A stretch of DNA of 64,000 bases. It comes from Zhongshania sp. GTDB taxonomy: Bacteria; Pseudomonadota; Gammaproteobacteria; Pseudomonadales; Spongiibacteraceae. Each line of letters opens with the position of its first letter. Position 1 is the stretch's first letter. Shown here piece by piece: positions 10,187 to 20,053 of this stretch. Under the pieces are notes generated by a model. That model worked only from the letters and a program-made list of their open reading frames with translations. It was not told where the DNA came from and searched no databases. The DNA lies in assembly GCA_047624025.1 (NCBI GenBank), contig JBLHPB010000002.1:910-64909 (forward strand). The letters are read 5' to 3'. The translations under genes and the position numbers were made by a program.

Positions 10187-11341
10187 ATGAGCAGGCGGAT
10201 GGTAATCATGCTGGTGTTATGTACGCTTGTTTTTGGCGGCGTGTTTGGCATGAAGTGGTTCGGCAATAAAATGATGAACGACTATATGAATTCCATGCCG
10301 CCTCCGCCAGTGGCAATTGCCAGTGCTAAATCACAAACCATGACTTGGTCCAATCGTCTCGTCGCGGTGGGCAGCTTGGTTGCGGTGAATGGTGCCGATC
10401 TTACCGCCGAAGTGGACGGGGTGGTGACCGAGATTAATTTTGATTCCGGCGATGCGGTAAAGCGCGGTGAGGTGTTGCTGAGACTGTCAGCCGCCAGCGA
10501 GCAAGGTGAATTAAAGCGCCTGCAAGCCCAGGCGGAATTGGCTGGTTTAAATCGCAAACGCGCCGAACAATTGTATAAAAGTAAAACTATATCCAGAGCC
10601 GAGTTTGATACTTCTTTGGCCGAGGCCAATGTCGCGCTGTCTGCGGTTGATGCTCAAAAAGGCCGATTGGCGCTGAAATCAGTCATAGCCCCCTTCGATG
10701 GTAAGCTCGGTATACGGCGGGTGAATATTGGTGAGTATGTGCGCAGCGGCACCACCATCGTCACTCTGCAAAAGCTTGACCCCATTGATGTCGATTTCGC
10801 TCTTCCCGAACGTTATTTAAGCCAATTGGAGTCCGGTCTGGGGGTTTCGGTGTTAGTTGATGCCTTTGCAGATGACGCTTTCCAAGGCGTGGTTACTGCG
10901 ATTGAACCCAAAATAGATTCCAAAACCCGCAATGTCGATTTACGGGCGCGTTTGAGCAATAGTGATTTGCGCTTGAAACCGGGCTTGTTTGCGACGGTAA
11001 CGCTGACGTTGGCTGGCGAGAATGTCGTCACGGTTATTCCTCGGACGGCGGTGAATTACACCTCTTACGGCGACTCGGTCTACGTGGTGCAGGCTAATCC
11101 AGACGCGCCACCACCTGAGAGTAATAAAGGTGATATGCCCTATACAGATAAGGAAGTCATTCAGCGGATAGTGACTTTGGGCGAAGCGCGCGGCGATTTT
11201 ATTGCTGTCACCTCAGGTTTAGAGCCTGGTACGGAAGTCGCTAGTGCCGGATTGCTAAAGCTGCGCAATAAGCAGCCAGTGATAATCAATAATAACAATG
11301 CTCCTGAGCCGGAGCTTTCGCCCATGCCATCTGCCGGTTAA
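10187..11341 (+). CDS. RND efflux periplasmic adaptor (MexH/MexV-like)
   Basis: N-terminal anchor, GVVTEINF..G..VKRG, APFDG.LG, LKPGLFA. Confidence 0.92.
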   Translation: MSRRMVIMLVLCTLVFGGVFGMKWFGNKMMNDYMNSMPPPPVAIASAKSQTMTWSNRLVAVGSLVAVNGADLTAEVDGVVTEINFDSGDAVKRGEVLLRLSAASEQGELKRLQAQAELAGLNRKRAEQLYKSKTISRAEFDTSLAEANVALSAVDAQKGRLALKSVIAPFDGKLGIRRVNIGEYVRSGTTIVTLQKLDPIDVDFALPERYLSQLESGLGVSVLVDAFADDAFQGVVTAIEPKIDSKTRNVDLRARLSNSDLRLKPGLFATVTLTLAGENVVTVIPRTAVNYTSYGDSVYVVQANPDAPPPESNKGDMPYTDKEVIQRIVTLGEARGDFIAVTSGLEPGTEVASAGLLKLRNKQPVIINNNNAPEPELSPMPSAG

Positions 11342-11402
11342 GTACTCTGTGTGAGCAGGGCTAGCAGACTTTTTATGTTAAGGCGACGAGCTGAGAGTAG
11401 CG

Positions 11403-14400
11403 ATGAATTTCACTGATATATTTATAAAACGGCCAGTGCTGGCAGTGGTCGTCAGCTTGGTTATATTTTTTTTGGGTTTACGTGCGGGCCTAGATCTGAC
11501 CTTGCGCGAGTATCCCGAATTACAAAATGCCCAGGTGAGCGTGGCAGTTGTCTATCCCGGCGCAGATGCAAAGCTGGTTGAGGGTTTTGTGACGACACCG
11601 TTGGAGCGCGAGATCGCCTCGGCTGACGGTATTGATTTTTTAACCTCCAATTCGGTACAGGGCAGTGCGGTGATTACCGCCAATCTGCGCCTTGATAAAG
11701 ATCCTAATGAAGCGCTCACGGAAATTTCCGCCAAAGTGAGTAAGCTACGAAATCAGTTGCCGGAAGGCTCAGAAGATCCTGTTATTCAGTTGGCGGAAGG
11801 CAGTGCCACAGCGGCCATGTACATTGCCTTCTATTCAGATGTAATTACTGATAGTCAGATAACGGATTATATTGTTCGGGTCGTCGAGCCTGAGTTATCA
11901 GCTATTTCCGGTGTAGAAACCGTTAATGTGCTGGGGGCCAAAAATTACGCGATGCGGGTGTGGCTGCAGCCCGAGAAACTGGCGGCCTATGATTTCAGCG
12001 CGAGTGAAGTGATCACTGCCATTCGCCAGCAAAATGTCTTATCTGCGGTTGGCGAAACCAATGGCAATTATGTCAAAGTGGGTTTGTCTGCGGAGACCGA
12101 TCTGCATCAAGTTGATGAGTTTCGCAAAATGGTGCTGCGCTCTGAAAACGGTAGTTTGGTGCGTTTGGAAGATGTGGCTACCGTGACACTGGGTTCAGAA
12201 ACATATGATTCTCTCGCATTTTGGGATACTAAGCCGGGTATTTTCGTCAGTTTGACGGTTCGCCCCAATGCTAATTTACTGGATGTAATGGAAGAGGTGC
12301 GCGAACATTTACCTGGAATATTTGCGGCTTTACCTGAGGGTCTAAACGGCAAGCTCGGCTTTGATTCAACGGCCTATGTGACCAGTGCTATTGAGGATGT
12401 TCGTGCCACCTTAATTGAAGCCGTGCTCATTGTAGTGGCAGTGATTTTCTTGTTCCTTGGGTCTATGCGTAGCTCAATTATTCCCGCTGTGACGGTGCCA
12501 CTGTCGCTGATTGGTGCTTTGTTTTTTATGTATATAATGGGCTTTTCAATCAATCTGTTGACCCTGTTAGCCATGGTGCTTGCCATCGGTATGGTGGTGG
12601 ATGACGCTATTATTGTGTTGGAAAATATCCATCGCCATATTGAAGATGGCTTGGAGCCACTGAAGGCGGCGACGATTGGGGCTAGGGAATTGGTCGGGCC
12701 GGTTATTACCATGACTATTACCTTGGTGGCAGTGTATGCGCCGATAGGCTTTCTCACCGGTATCACCGGCACCTTGTTTACCGAATTCGCCTTCACCTTA
12801 GCGGGAGCCGTGGTGATTTCTGGTGTGATTGCTCTAACGCTGACGCCGATGATGTGCGCTAAAATTCTCAAGCCTTCGCATGCCGCTGATGGTAAGGAAA
12901 ATCGTCTAGCTATTTACTTGGATAATAAGTTTGATAGTTTGCGGCAACGTTATCGTGAACTTTTACACAGCGCCTTAAATCAACGTCATGTGATTGGCGT
13001 TTTCGGATTGATCGTACTGGTGTCATGTTATTTCCTGTTTACCACCAGTAAATCTGAATTGGCTCCGTCTGAGGATTTTGGCTTTGCGGTAGCCATGACT
13101 GAGGTTGATGGTTACTCGTCAATTGAATATTTCGAACGCTATTTTATGGCGAATCAAGAACTGATTCTTAATGAAGATATAATTACTAATATATTTGCCT
13201 TTACCGCAGGTACCGGCGGCACCAACATGGGCATTACTGGGATGATGGCAAAACCCTGGGATGAACGTGAAAAAACCATGACGCAAATTGCGGCTGAGGT
13301 GAATACCAAATTAAACGCCATGCCTGGGGTTAGGGTTGCTTTATTTCAGCCCCCAGCCTTGCCTGCCCCGGGTCAGGGTTATCCCATTGAATTTGTACTG
13401 AAGTCGATTTCTAATCCGCAGGCCCTGGCCGATGTGGGCAATGCTGTTGTCAGTCGAGCGATGGCGAGTAATCGTTTTTTCTTTGTTTCATCCGAACTCA
13501 ATATTGATCGCCCAGAAACGGTTTTTGAAATTAATCGAGAAAAAGCGGCATTGCTCGGCATCGATATGCGCTCGCTAAGTGCCGATTTGGCCGCCATGAT
13601 GGCTGGTGGTGAGGTCAATAAATTCTCCTATCAGGGTCGCGCCTATAAAGTTATTGCTCAAGTAGAGCGTGAATCGCGCTTAAACCCTGATCAGCTGAGT
13701 GGCTTTTACACCCGCACCGGTAGCGGTGACATGGTGCCACTGTCAACTGTCGTTAGCTTGCGCGACAGGGTGGTGCCACGCTCGATACCTCACGCCCAGC
13801 AGTTGTTGGCGAATACCATTGTGGCGGTACCTCGGCCGGATATTTCGCAAGGTGAGGCGCTAGCGTTACTTGAAAAAATTGCTAGGGAAGAAATGCCTGC
13901 GAGCTATCAGATTGACTATGCGGGGGCATCGCGTCAGTTTATGCAGGAAGGCTCAGCCTTGTTAGCCACCTTTGGTTTCGCGATGCTGATTATTTATCTG
14001 GTGCTGGCGGCGCAGTTTGAATCCTTCCGTGATCCGCTCATCATCTTAGTGACCGTGCCCATGTCAATTTGTGGCGCATTGTTAGTGCTGAATATTTTAG
14101 CCATGACCAATGGTATGCAATTAACCGACTTACCCGGCATGAGTTTGAATATTTATACTCAGGTGGGATTAGTGACCTTGATCGGGGTGATATCCAAACA
14201 CGGTATTTTGATTGTCGACTTTGCCAATCGCCTGCAGGATCAAGGTCTCAGTAAACGCGATGCGATAGAGGATGCTGCTTCAATCAGGCTGCGGCCGATT
14301 TTAATGACTACCGCTGCGTTGGTCGTCGCCATGTTCCCCTTGCTTGCTGCATCGGGCCCCGGTGCCGCATCCCGTTTCTCTTTAGGCGTGGTGATTGCCT

Positions 14401-14525
14401 CGGGCATGACCATTGGCACCTTGTTTACTTTATTTGTGGTGCCAGCCATGTATCTGTATATCGGTCGTGATCATCAGCTGCAGGCGCAGAAGTCTGAAAA
14501 GCTTGTGACTGGCGCCAAGGGCTAA
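11403..14525 (+). CDS. RND efflux permease (AcrB family, MexI/MexW-like)
   Basis: MNFTDIFIKRPV, GMVVDDAIIVLEN, RLRPILMT; 1040 aa. Confidence 0.95.
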   Translation: MNFTDIFIKRPVLAVVVSLVIFFLGLRAGLDLTLREYPELQNAQVSVAVVYPGADAKLVEGFVTTPLEREIASADGIDFLTSNSVQGSAVITANLRLDKDPNEALTEISAKVSKLRNQLPEGSEDPVIQLAEGSATAAMYIAFYSDVITDSQITDYIVRVVEPELSAISGVETVNVLGAKNYAMRVWLQPEKLAAYDFSASEVITAIRQQNVLSAVGETNGNYVKVGLSAETDLHQVDEFRKMVLRSENGSLVRLEDVATVTLGSETYDSLAFWDTKPGIFVSLTVRPNANLLDVMEEVREHLPGIFAALPEGLNGKLGFDSTAYVTSAIEDVRATLIEAVLIVVAVIFLFLGSMRSSIIPAVTVPLSLIGALFFMYIMGFSINLLTLLAMVLAIGMVVDDAIIVLENIHRHIEDGLEPLKAATIGARELVGPVITMTITLVAVYAPIGFLTGITGTLFTEFAFTLAGAVVISGVIALTLTPMMCAKILKPSHAADGKENRLAIYLDNKFDSLRQRYRELLHSALNQRHVIGVFGLIVLVSCYFLFTTSKSELAPSEDFGFAVAMTEVDGYSSIEYFERYFMANQELILNEDIITNIFAFTAGTGGTNMGITGMMAKPWDEREKTMTQIAAEVNTKLNAMPGVRVALFQPPALPAPGQGYPIEFVLKSISNPQALADVGNAVVSRAMASNRFFFVSSELNIDRPETVFEINREKAALLGIDMRSLSADLAAMMAGGEVNKFSYQGRAYKVIAQVERESRLNPDQLSGFYTRTGSGDMVPLSTVVSLRDRVVPRSIPHAQQLLANTIVAVPRPDISQGEALALLEKIAREEMPASYQIDYAGASRQFMQEGSALLATFGFAMLIIYLVLAAQFESFRDPLIILVTVPMSICGALLVLNILAMTNGMQLTDLPGMSLNIYTQVGLVTLIGVISKHGILIVDFANRLQDQGLSKRDAIEDAASIRLRPILMTTAALVVAMFPLLAASGPGAASRFSLGVVIASGMTIGTLFTLFVVPAMYLYIGRDHQLQAQKSEKLVTGAKG

Positions 14526-14570
14526 GGACGCGTATTATGACGCGTTTTTTCGCATTGCTTGGGGATGTTC

Positions 14571-14852
14571 ATGATTAAGCACAATAGCTATTTTGACAAC
14601 AATGTTCAGTCATTGGGATTTGCCACTGACAGTAAACCGGCCTCGGTGGGCGTGATGGCCCCCGGTGAATACCGTTTTGGCACTGAAGCGGCAGAGCGTA
14701 TGGAAGTAATGAGTGGTGCGTTAACGATCTTGCTGGCAGGCGACAGTAATTGGCAGACATTTGCCGCAGGCCAGGGTTTTGATGTGCCGGCAAATAGCCA
14801 TTTCGATCTTAAAGTCGCAGTGAATAGCGCTTATTTGTGTATTTACGGCTAA
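14571..14852 (+). CDS. ppnP: Pyrimidine/purine nucleoside phosphorylase (YaiE/PpnP)
   Basis: [23 protein letters not shown]...ERM, F.VPANS.F, YLC.Y. Confidence 0.9.
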   Translation: MIKHNSYFDNNVQSLGFATDSKPASVGVMAPGEYRFGTEAAERMEVMSGALTILLAGDSNWQTFAAGQGFDVPANSHFDLKVAVNSAYLCIYG

Positions 14853-14860
14853 GCATGTAA

Positions 14861-14886
14861 ATGTGGGGCTTTTTAGTGCCCCACAT
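14861..14886. terminator. Hairpin between convergent genes
   Basis: ATGTGGGGC-N8-GCCCCACAT. Confidence 0.6.
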
Positions 14887-14900
14887 CATCAGCCATGCTG

Positions 14901-15560
14901 TTAACCCAGCTGTAACCAGTCTTTGAGGCTGTTTCCGATATCTATAATTTCCTCCCCGCAGACTTCGTGCTGCATGGGATAGCTGCTGTATTTTGGCGTA
15001 AAGCCCATGCTTTGCAGAATTTGATTGGCATTATGGCCCATGATTTCAGGCACCATGGGGTCTTGGCTGCCATGAAAAATATGAACGGCTAGGGCTTTGT
15101 TCGCTTCCGAGAGCTTCACTTCCTTGGCGGTGGCGAAATACGTAGACATGGTTAATAAGCCCGCCAAAGGCTTGGGGTAAGCAAGTGCGGCGTGATACAC
15201 CACTGCACCGCCCTGACTGAAACCCGCTAACACGATACGTTCGCTTGCGATACCGGCATCCAATTCGCGTTGAATTAATTCCCCCACGGCGGCGGCAGAC
15301 GACTCTATCTGCACTAGGTCAATCTCGCGCTCAATCGACATAGCGAGTATGTCGTACCACGCTGGCATCACCATGCCGCCGTTTATCGTGACGGGTATTT
15401 CTGGGGCATGGGGGAACACAAAACGAACACCATGGTTGTCTGGTAAGCCGAGATGAGGCACCACGGGAACAAAATCGTGGCCGCTGGCGCCTAATCCATG
15501 CAGCCAAATTACGGCAGCGTCTGCCGGGCCTTTCGGTTCTAATACTTCACAATTGAGCAA
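14901..15560 (-). CDS. Carboxylesterase / acyl-protein thioesterase (alpha/beta hydrolase)
   Basis: WLHGLGA, MPAWYDI, GFSQGG nucleophile elbow, HG.QD, H of the catalytic triad. Confidence 0.93.
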   Translation of the reverse strand: MLNCEVLEPKGPADAAVIWLHGLGASGHDFVPVVPHLGLPDNHGVRFVFPHAPEIPVTINGGMVMPAWYDILAMSIEREIDLVQIESSAAAVGELIQRELDAGIASERIVLAGFSQGGAVVYHAALAYPKPLAGLLTMSTYFATAKEVKLSEANKALAVHIFHGSQDPMVPEIMGHNANQILQSMGFTPKYSSYPMQHEVCGEEIIDIGNSLKDWLQLG

Positions 15561-15746
15561 GGTCTGGCTCCTTAATGTTGATAAGTTGCGAATAGAATAT
15601 CACGGCTAGTCGTTTAAGCCTCTGCATGAATACCCTGGCAAGCTGCTTGGTTAGGCCCTAGGCTAGAATCAAGTCGCAGATATTTACGCGCGCAGGGTGA
15701 GGCATCCTGCTGCATAGCGTATCCCACAAACTTTAGGTGAAGTAGC

Positions 15747-18125
15747 ATGGTACTGAGCAGACCCGCATTAGTGATGATCTTCGGCTTGGTGCTAGCCGCC
15801 TGTGGCGGTGGAAGCACTAATAGCAATAGTAATGCAGTTGCCGTCGAGCCCCAGACACCATCGCGGCTAGCTGATGAACACGCCGCACAATGTGTGATGA
15901 ATGACCTGCGTAGGTCTGTCGGTGAGGGATTAGATGCTCCGGGACGATTGGAGGTGGACGTCATTGTCGCACTAGGTAGTCCGGCGCAGTGCTCAAGTAA
16001 CGTTGAGTATTTAGTCGGCACCGGTCTACACGATGTTACCGGCCCAATTGCCGATACTGCCAGCCTCGCTTGGGTGAATCCCCAGCAAGTGTTCAGCGCA
16101 CTGCACTCTCGCGTTTATGCCCGAGCGTTTGCCATTGCCTCACCCTGTAACAGCAAGCGTGTGATGTTTGTTTCAATTGATACTGGGTTGATGAGCGCCA
16201 GCGTTCGCAACGCGGTGCTAGCTGAGATTGCCGCCAACGAAGAACTCAGCAGCCTCTATAACGCGAACAACGTCATGCTCTCGGTGACGCATACGCATTC
16301 GGATCCCGGCACTGGGCTGGCCGGCGTAGGCAATGGCCTGGCGGTTATCGCTGGCGGCATTGTTCAAGCCATCACTAAAGCGCATGCCAATCTGCTGGCC
16401 AATCCGGAACCTGCCGGTATCACCCTGTCTTCGGGTGAGTTACTGAATACCAATATAAATCGCTCCAAACCTGCCTACGAGCAAAACACCGAGGCGGAGC
16501 GAAACCTGTTTTTAAACGCGCGCAGCGAAGAAACCGACGTCAATAAGCGCATGGTGCAGTTGGAGCTGAATCGTCAAGACGGTACCGCTGCCGGTTTGAT
16601 TAACTGGTTCGGTGTGCATCCGACCGTCATTGGTCCAGCTCAGTACTATGTCAGTGGCGATGTGAAAGGCTACGCGTCGATTGGCTTCGAGCGATTAATG
16701 CGCACCAACTATCGCGCCGCCCCGGCTACAGGTACTTTCGTGGGCGCCTTTGCTCAAGCCGATGAAGGCGATGCTTCGCCCAATATTGCCATTGAACAAT
16801 TTCCCTATCCCAGTTCCAAGCGTGGTGGCGGTGAAAATGATTTAGACGCCAATGCTATCTCCGGCATTAAACAATTGGCGCGCGCGATCGAGCTTTATGG
16901 CACCGGCAACACCGTTACTGGGCCGGTGGATTATCAGTTTTTGCGGATTGCCATTACAGATATTACCGTCGACGATCCTGTCGTACTGGCGAGTTTGAAA
17001 CACCCTGCTGAGTTAGATGAGGCGGAAAAGAAAACCTGTGACGGTATTCTTGGCGCATCTTTTGGCGCCGGTGCAGAAGACGGCCCAGGGCCCACACAGG
17101 AAGGCCTAAAGTGCAGTGACGATCCGGCCATTCTCGACGCGGCTCTGGTCGATATTGCGACGCTGACCGGATCACGACTTGAAGGCTTTCCCGGTGGCTG
17201 GCCCAAGGATTTAATTCCCGGTCAAACCTTGTCAGCCGCCGTTATGTGTAATTCGACAGAGCTGCTGGCATTTTCAGGGGACTATTCTTGCCAGGCCGAA
17301 AAACCAGTCTTGTTGCCACGCGGTGGCTCGGAATTACCGATTCAATTATTTCGTGTGGGCAACTTCGCGTTACTGGGTTTGCCCTGGGAAGTCACTACCA
17401 TGTCAGCACGTCGTATCCGCTCGCTGCTACTCGAAGAGCTGGCACCGGTTGGTGTCGATACCGTGGTTATTGCTGGGCTGGTTAATGATTACGTTCACTA
17501 TCTCACCACCCGCGAAGAATATTCATCTCAACAATACGAAGGTGCATCCACGCTCTATGGCCCATGGACACAGGCCGCCGTCGCGCAAGAATCGTTGAAA
17601 CTCGCGCGCGCAATGCGCAGCCAAACCGCTGTCTCTGAGCCACCTGCGCCCGGCGCTCGCGCAGATTTAACACTGAAGCCCGGTCCTCGTGAATCAGCTC
17701 ATCCCAGCGGGGCTGCGGGCACGGTTGTCACTCAGCCGGCCAATGCCATTATTGCCGGTGAGGTACTTGAAGCTGAATTTGTGGTGGGCCATCCCGGTAA
17801 TGACCTGCGCATTCAGCAGAGCTACGTCTACGTCGAAAAGGAATTGGCAAGCGGGGAGTGGCTGGTAGTTGAGGAAGATCGCACACCTGAATTACTCTAT
17901 GAATGGAAATCCCTAGTGCAACCCCCTGCGGCACTAGAGCGCCCGCAGACTAGTAGCGGCGGCACCGGACTAGTAACTTGGACGACGCCAATCAATACCC
18001 CAGCCGGCACTTATCGATTGCGGGTAGAAGGTGCATCCCTTGGTTTTATGGCTGAGGAGGCGCAGCCCTATCAGGCTATTTCAAACACCTTCACCATTGT
18101 GGCTACTGACAGTATTTGCCCTTAA
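15747..18125 (+). CDS. Neutral/alkaline ceramidase family lipoprotein
   Basis: Lipobox LAAC; THTHS.P, NINRS, WFGVHPT, GD.SPN, PWEVTT, YEGASTLYG. Confidence 0.88.
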   Translation: MVLSRPALVMIFGLVLAACGGGSTNSNSNAVAVEPQTPSRLADEHAAQCVMNDLRRSVGEGLDAPGRLEVDVIVALGSPAQCSSNVEYLVGTGLHDVTGPIADTASLAWVNPQQVFSALHSRVYARAFAIASPCNSKRVMFVSIDTGLMSASVRNAVLAEIAANEELSSLYNANNVMLSVTHTHSDPGTGLAGVGNGLAVIAGGIVQAITKAHANLLANPEPAGITLSSGELLNTNINRSKPAYEQNTEAERNLFLNARSEETDVNKRMVQLELNRQDGTAAGLINWFGVHPTVIGPAQYYVSGDVKGYASIGFERLMRTNYRAAPATGTFVGAFAQADEGDASPNIAIEQFPYPSSKRGGGENDLDANAISGIKQLARAIELYGTGNTVTGPVDYQFLRIAITDITVDDPVVLASLKHPAELDEAEKKTCDGILGASFGAGAEDGPGPTQEGLKCSDDPAILDAALVDIATLTGSRLEGFPGGWPKDLIPGQTLSAAVMCNSTELLAFSGDYSCQAEKPVLLPRGGSELPIQLFRVGNFALLGLPWEVTTMSARRIRSLLLEELAPVGVDTVVIAGLVNDYVHYLTTREEYSSQQYEGASTLYGPWTQAAVAQESLKLARAMRSQTAVSEPPAPGARADLTLKPGPRESAHPSGAAGTVVTQPANAIIAGEVLEAEFVVGHPGNDLRIQQSYVYVEKELASGEWLVVEEDRTPELLYEWKSLVQPPAALERPQTSSGGTGLVTWTTPINTPAGTYRLRVEGASLGFMAEEAQPYQAISNTFTIVATDSICP

Positions 18126-18190
18126 GGTTTTACAGAAGCCCTACCAAAAGATTAAATGGAAGTGGGGGCTTGGTTTTTCCTCAGATAATC

Positions 18191-18230
18191 GCCCAGTAAT
18201 GATAAAGATAAGGCATTGCTGGGCTTTTTT
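18191..18230 (+). terminator. Rho-independent terminator after the ceramidase gene
   Basis: GCCCAGTAATG...CATTGCTGGGC followed by TTTTTT. Confidence 0.7.
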
Positions 18231-18398
18231 ATGGCTCCCCAAAAATAGTGAAACACCCAGCCAAGTTTTCTTACAGTCTGAACCTATAGCGGATATCCGA
18301 GCCATACCGAACTTAGTGGACGTTCTGGTTGCTCTCATAATAAAGCGAGGGGCTAAGAGTGTGCAGCGTAATTTCTGCGACTAGGTTCTTTGTTTTAC

Positions 18399-18574
18399 TT
18401 AAGATGGCGATAGAAAGCGCTTTGTAAATTGGTTCGCCGGTAACGGTTTACTGAACAGAAAACCTTGTATTTGATCAAAGTCGAGTTTACTTAGTTGAAG
18501 TAACTCCTCCTCAGCCTCAATACCTTCAGCGCGTATGCGACACGAATGATAGTTGCTACCATGTCGCGCCCTTC
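18399..18574 (-). pseudogene. Frameshifted C-terminal remnant of an EAL (c-di-GMP phosphodiesterase) domain
   Basis: One frame gives EGRDMVATIIRVAYAL, another gives AEGIEAEEELLQLSKLDFDQIQGFLFSKPLPANQF*, matching the EAL AEGVE...QG(Y/F)LFSKP signature. Not in the ORF track. Confidence 0.8.
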
Positions 18575-18730
18575 CTGAGTAATTCGATTATGAAATAACG
18601 AAATATTGCGTAACAGTTTTGGCACATTACCGCCATGCTGCGCTTGCATCGATACCTATGAAGCGTAGTGCCTTTGGTATGTATTTATGCATTGGTATTT
18701 TAGGTTTTGTGGTTGCGCGTATTTACCCTT

Positions 18731-20053
18731 TTAGAGAAGGTGACTGCCGGTATCAATATGCTGTTCAAAAAGAATTTTGAAGTGCTCCTGAATACGCGCC
18801 AAATCCAATAGTGCCATGCCGCTGGAAAAACCAAACCACACATAGAGTCCATTGAGATCACGAAACATCGGTGGCAGGTAGCGGGGCGGGGTGATCATGC
18901 CGGTCTGCTGGTATTGATAAAGCACCGGAATGTCGTCGAGTGCAACCTTGCCCGAAAATAACATGGGCAGTAATTCCGGTTTGTCAGCCAGAATGGCACT
19001 GCGAATGAAATTCACTGTTTCGACAAAGCCTTTCACATAAGACAAATCCTTGGTGAAGCAGGCGCCACCCTCGACCATGCCGCCGCGAAATACCCGCTGA
19101 GCGATTTTATAACTGTCGTGCTGGCTAAGTCCCTGGCTGACAAAGTGACGGTAGACCTCAAGGAAATCGGCGCCGTTTTCGGCCATGTCTATGGCGACCA
19201 CTCGGTCACTGATGCGTCTTGCCCGCGCCGGAAAAGAACTGAAAGTTAGAGTTTCGAGCAATACCGCAAGGCCTTCTTGCAGAGCGGTAATTCGCGGTGA
19301 ACCAACGCTAAGCCAGGTTGCCCAGGGCTGATTGCGACCATTGAGAGTGGTGCCTACATGCACCCAGCCCTCGTGAACTTCCAATACTTGTAAATCTAAG
19401 CTAGAAAACAAGGAGTGAGTATTGACCTTGATGCAGTCGCCACCGGCAGAGGCATCAGAAACGATACCGTCGGTTTCCTTAACGCTAAAAACACTGTCTG
19501 TAAAATAGGGCGCCAAGCGCACTTCCAATTGCCGTACGGCTTCGTGGGCGCTGATATTTTTAGGGTAGGCGGCGGCGAGGTGTTTAGCGGCGGGCAGCGA
19601 AAAAATATGGCAGAGGCGCTGGCCCATTTCTATTAGGGTTAGCTTGTCACCGCGTAAATGATCCTGAGCTGAACCGTAGAGTTCGCGGCTGGCCTTTAAG
19701 AATCCGGTGCTACCGCGACTTTTAAGCAACTCAATTACAATCAAATACTGCTCAATGGTTTCGCCCAATATTTTACCCAATGGGTCGGTCTTGCCCAGAC
19801 GGCGATGGACATCGTCACGCAAAGATTTTAATTCAAGCGCTTTGCTATCTGGGTTGAAGTTGAGGGCGTTGCGCTGATAGTAATCGCGATCAACTGGGGG
19901 AAGCTTAGCGGCATTACCGGCAAAAAAACGTTTTTCAATTTCCTGTGGCCACTTGATTGCGTCCAATATCAAAATGGGTTTCTGGATGGCAATCAAAGAT
20001 TCTGACAGTTGTTTTACTGCTTGCTGATAAGAGTCTGTATTCTTATTTGACAT
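18731..20053 (-). CDS. QEGLA-motif protein (DUF1704 / MATCAP-like metallocarboxypeptidase)
   Basis: VHEGWVH (HExxxH), LQEGLA, RVFRGG, FTKDLSY. Confidence 0.9.
   Translation of the reverse strand: MSNKNTDSYQQAVKQLSESLIAIQKPILILDAIKWPQEIEKRFFAGNAAKLPPVDRDYYQRNALNFNPDSKALELKSLRDDVHRRLGKTDPLGKILGETIEQYLIVIELLKSRGSTGFLKASRELYGSAQDHLRGDKLTLIEMGQRLCHIFSLPAAKHLAAAYPKNISAHEAVRQLEVRLAPYFTDSVFSVKETDGIVSDASAGGDCIKVNTHSLFSSLDLQVLEVHEGWVHVGTTLNGRNQPWATWLSVGSPRITALQEGLAVLLETLTFSSFPARARRISDRVVAIDMAENGADFLEVYRHFVSQGLSQHDSYKIAQRVFRGGMVEGGACFTKDLSYVKGFVETVNFIRSAILADKPELLPMLFSGKVALDDIPVLYQYQQTGMITPPRYLPPMFRDLNGLYVWFGFSSGMALLDLARIQEHFKILFEQHIDTGSHLL

Noticed and set aside
10187-14525. RND pair lacking an outer-membrane factor and regulator
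   Set aside because: A common arrangement; a TolC-like channel is usually encoded elsewhere.
18031-18384. 117-aa + strand ORF after the ceramidase
   Set aside because: Overlaps the ceramidase end, runs through a terminator, and has no recognisable motif.
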